The translations under genes were made by a program, and so were the position numbers. DNA of 64,000 nucleotides. It comes from Candidatus Zixiibacteriota bacterium. Its GTDB lineage: Bacteria > Zixibacteria > MSB-5A5 > GN15 > JAAZOE01. Under the pieces are notes generated by a model. That model made no database searches, was not told where the DNA came from, and saw nothing but the letters and a program-made list of their open reading frames with translations. The stretch is from positions 1 through 64,000 of the forward strand of contig JBDREQ010000073.1 in NCBI GenBank assembly GCA_043819555.1, given 5' to 3'. Of this stretch, positions 60,408 through 64,000 are shown piece by piece; the stretch's first letter is position 1, and each line of letters opens with the position of its first letter.

Positions 60408-61519
60408 TGAAAGCCTTATTATCAGTTGTATTGGCGATAGTTGTTCTTCTATTCTCTGCCTGCACCGTTCCGAAAAAAATGAGGCGGGATTTTGGGTATT
60501 TATTGCCTAAAAGTGAACAAAAATCCGGTATTTATACGTCTAATGACAATTTTCAGGGGAAGTTAAAACTATTATATGAATATAAAATTAAAGGAGCGCC
60601 GGCCGATCCTTTAATACTTGGCGAGCGCTATCTCAGCGTGAGAACTTCTCGCAATCGCGTGGTTTTTTATGATCAGGATAATGGAGAAAAATTATGTCGG
60701 ATTAAGCAGAGCCGGGGCTTTATTTTGCCGCCCTTAATAACCGACTCATTGATTATTTTCACAAAAAAGTCGCCTTTAGGCCAGATTATAATGCAAAATC
60801 TGTTCACCGGCAAGAAGATAGGTGAAGTTTATGTAAAAGATATTCGTTCCGGGCCGATAATGATTAATAACAGTCTTATTGTGGGTACTGCGACTGGTTT
60901 GGTGTCGATAAATTTGACCGAATTGAACCAGAAATGGAGGCTGGAAAACGACGAAGTCGTCGATATCCCTCCGATTTTCGATGGTTCTCACATTTATTAT
61001 GCATCGGGCAGCGGTCAGATAAGGGCTGCTGAGCCCGGCGATGGTTCTTTGAAATGGGAAATCGATTGCAATGCCTCGATAAGTTCCGAACTGAGTATTG
61101 GTCGATACTTATATATTGGTTTATCAGACGGCGAATTGCTGGCCCTTGATAAGACTTGTGGCCGCGTTGTATGGCGAACCAATACCGGTTATGCCTTCCG
61201 AGGCAAGGCGATTGAATATAACGATCGCGTTTATTTCGGATGCACAGACGGTAAAGTTTATTGCCTTTCCTCCGTTGATGGTGGAATAATATGGGATTAT
61301 CAGACAGATGGCGTTATTGTAGCCACCCCCGTAATTTATGGTAATACTGTTTTAATAGGATCGTACGACCAGAAGTTTTATAGCATTGATGCCGAAAGCG
61401 GTGAAATGTTGGACAGTTATAATCTTGAAGGACCGGTCGCCTTTGCAGCAGCCATAAACAAAAACAGGATTTTTGTGGCGTGTCAGAAAAACCACATTTA
61501 TTGTTTTGAGGAGTATTAA
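60407..61519 (+). CDS. BamB-like PQQ-repeat beta-propeller lipoprotein
   Basis: Lipobox FSAC; repeated G..DG...ALD...G...W blades. Confidence 0.82.
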   Translation: MKALLSVVLAIVVLLFSACTVPKKMRRDFGYLLPKSEQKSGIYTSNDNFQGKLKLLYEYKIKGAPADPLILGERYLSVRTSRNRVVFYDQDNGEKLCRIKQSRGFILPPLITDSLIIFTKKSPLGQIIMQNLFTGKKIGEVYVKDIRSGPIMINNSLIVGTATGLVSINLTELNQKWRLENDEVVDIPPIFDGSHIYYASGSGQIRAAEPGDGSLKWEIDCNASISSELSIGRYLYIGLSDGELLALDKTCGRVVWRTNTGYAFRGKAIEYNDRVYFGCTDGKVYCLSSVDGGIIWDYQTDGVIVATPVIYGNTVLIGSYDQKFYSIDAESGEMLDSYNLEGPVAFAAAINKNRIFVACQKNHIYCFEEY

Positions 61520-63714
61520 TGGAACGCAATATAAATCTTAGCGAAAAAAATCTTCAAACAGATATCAGGAAACTGACCCAGGCAATAGTACATGAGTTGT
61601 TCTTAATCTGCCGCAAAGCCGGGATATATGCGATCGATCATCCAATGGTTGTTGAGGGACTGTCCAAACCGTTTCTGGGATTGCAACGCCTGTTCGGATT
61701 CAAAAAATATTGTATTTTGTATTTCACAGAGGGGCGATTGTACGCCAACAATATCCTGATGACCGACGCCGGAGCCGTGAATTATCTAAAAGATAAGATG
61801 CATGAACTCGATCTCAAATCAATCGCTTTTGAAGAAAACATTACCGCTGTGGGATTTACCGCCTTTGTCGAAAGATTCGTTGGACGCGTAAATCCTTCTC
61901 ACCCCGATTACGCTATGGAATCATATTTAGAGAGGCGGCGAATAACAACGGTTTTAATCAATAATGACCTGATTGAAAAATTATATAATACCGGCCTGCG
62001 TTATCGCGAAATGCAGCTTGATGATTTTTCCGTCAGGCGAATGGTGACCGATTATTTTTCAGGCGATATCAATCTTGCGGTAAAACTCTTATCCGCCGAT
62101 TTCAACGAAACCAGTGAACAGGTGGAATCAACCGGGATAGATTATCATCGAGAAATAGTCCGGTATATTCTGCCGGAGAAATTTGCCGAATTGCAATCTT
62201 CTGAATTGCTGTCTATGGCCTTGAAGATTTTGGAGGAAAATCCCTCCGGCGACGGGAACTTACCGGATGAATTGATTCAACTTATTCGTTCTTTTAATTT
62301 CCACCCGCGCCGCGACGAATTAATCAACAAAGTCCAGTCGTATTTAATGGATCAAGGTTTCAAATCGAATCTGCTCGGAAATTGTCTGTCAGAGCCGGCA
62401 TCAATTAAATTGCAGGCGGTTCAGGATATTGATCGAATTGGCGATGATGTTTATTCCGAAAAGTACCAGGAAGCGCTTTATTGTGAATTCCACGATGCCT
62501 TTATAAGACTATTGCGAACCAGGCAGATTGGCAAAGCGGCCAGCGTCGCCGAGAAGATTGTGAGGAACCTTGCGTCCGATACTGCCATTTATCGCCAGCA
62601 TTCAATCTATCTTTTAAAAGATATTATTGCCACTAGTACAAACGCCGGTGAAAACGAGTTTTTGGACGCGATTTTGCTCCTGATGCAGGCTTTGTACACT
62701 CGCGGGTTGGAATCATTTGAATTCTCGGAAGTTGTATTTGAGCTATTAAATGTTATGATTTCTCTGCAGAGATATAAAGCCGTCGCGGAATTTTTAAATA
62801 CTCTCAGCTCAAGCCGCCATTATGAGAATGGGGTTTTGGTTTATGATTCGGTTACTGTCCGGAGAATCTTTGAAGTGATGGATAATAAGGAGTTAATTTC
62901 TCAATTAATGAGAGAAATCCGAACCCCGAATGGCACTCTCATAAAACAGGTTCGAGAAATTTTAATTGCCCTGCAATCAGAAGAAGTCGCCCTTCAATTA
63001 GCAGAAATAGTGATTCACCCCAACCGCCAAATCAGGCAGCATAGTCTGAAGATATTATCGGAATCAGGTCGACCTGCAATAAAAGTCTTTTCAGATATCC
63101 TGAGAGATGAATCAAATTTCATGCGGTCCTTTGATCGCCGCGAATTGCCCGATGACAAGTGGTATCTAATCAGAAATGCCATTTTTGTCCTGGGGAATTT
63201 AGGCGGAACGGAAGCCTGCGAGGCTTTAAGGTGCAGATTGTCTGATTCCGATGTCAGGGTTCGTCTTGAAATTATCAAAGCCCTTGAGAAAATAGACGCC
63301 AATGTATCTGCTGATTTATTAATGCTCCTGGCTGAAGATTCTGATAGTTCCGTCCGTGAAGCGGCTATCATTGTTTTGGGTTTGAAAAAAAGAAGAGATT
63401 TGTTCCCCTTTTATACTGATCTGATCGAAAAACAAAAAGGTGAAACCGATCGCATTATTAACGCCATGGCGCTAACCGGTGCTTTGGAAGCAAGGGATTA
63501 TCTCTGGGAGCTTTTGCAAAGCAAACATAAGCTAAAAGAACTATCATCAAGTAAACTATCAGTAAATGTCCTTCAATCTACAATCGTCAAGGCTCTTGAA
63601 AAGATCGGCGACGATGAATTGAAGAAAAAACTTGAAAATTTTAAACCGGATTTCCAAAATAATTTATCAAAAACTGCCAAAGTCATTTTAAATAAACTGA
63701 ATCCGAAACAATAA
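61519..63714 (+). CDS. HEAT-repeat protein
   Basis: WYLIRNA..VLG, D.DVRVR.E...AL, D.D.SVREAA. Confidence 0.8.
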   Translation: MERNINLSEKNLQTDIRKLTQAIVHELFLICRKAGIYAIDHPMVVEGLSKPFLGLQRLFGFKKYCILYFTEGRLYANNILMTDAGAVNYLKDKMHELDLKSIAFEENITAVGFTAFVERFVGRVNPSHPDYAMESYLERRRITTVLINNDLIEKLYNTGLRYREMQLDDFSVRRMVTDYFSGDINLAVKLLSADFNETSEQVESTGIDYHREIVRYILPEKFAELQSSELLSMALKILEENPSGDGNLPDELIQLIRSFNFHPRRDELINKVQSYLMDQGFKSNLLGNCLSEPASIKLQAVQDIDRIGDDVYSEKYQEALYCEFHDAFIRLLRTRQIGKAASVAEKIVRNLASDTAIYRQHSIYLLKDIIATSTNAGENEFLDAILLLMQALYTRGLESFEFSEVVFELLNVMISLQRYKAVAEFLNTLSSSRHYENGVLVYDSVTVRRIFEVMDNKELISQLMREIRTPNGTLIKQVREILIALQSEEVALQLAEIVIHPNRQIRQHSLKILSESGRPAIKVFSDILRDESNFMRSFDRRELPDDKWYLIRNAIFVLGNLGGTEACEALRCRLSDSDVRVRLEIIKALEKIDANVSADLLMLLAEDSDSSVREAAIIVLGLKKRRDLFPFYTDLIEKQKGETDRIINAMALTGALEARDYLWELLQSKHKLKELSSSKLSVNVLQSTIVKALEKIGDDELKKKLENFKPDFQNNLSKTAKVILNKLNPKQ

Positions 63715-63718
63715 TATG

Positions 63719-64000
<282 letters not shown>

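Overview
Bacterial chromosomal window from a diderm organism. Gene content is compatible with a lineage such as candidate phylum Zixibacteria, but that is an unverified inference. Bases 1-15.8 kb hold the end of tuf and a complete S10-spc-alpha ribosomal protein superoperon, including rpmJ, which the ORF track missed. L22 carries a long histone-H1-like tail. From 16-26 kb come housekeeping genes (plsY, gpsA, a MerR regulator, two tRNA-Pro, surE, acyP, apt, an M29 aminopeptidase) and an orphan ABC permease with a sigma54-type promoter. Immediately after tRNA-Arg(CCT) lies a ~2.9 kb AT-rich islet. It encodes a small repeat protein, a receiver-domain/Mrr-type nuclease fusion and a SIR2-like protein, and the last two are each preceded by the same ~30-bp repeat. 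This islet is the best candidate for an undescribed defence system. The rest is envelope, regulation and repair genes: a YcaQ-like glycosylase, GH57, a priming sugar transferase, PrsK/PrsR plus a second sigma54 activator, an orphan SbcD, an NSS transporter with a small partner ORF, uppP, a GT9-GmhB fusion, and a peptidase-propeller-Omp85 / BamB-like / HEAT cluster. The window ends in the start of dnaK, preceded by a sigma54-like promoter and three 30-bp-phased palindromes. All calls are by motif recognition; no database searches were run.
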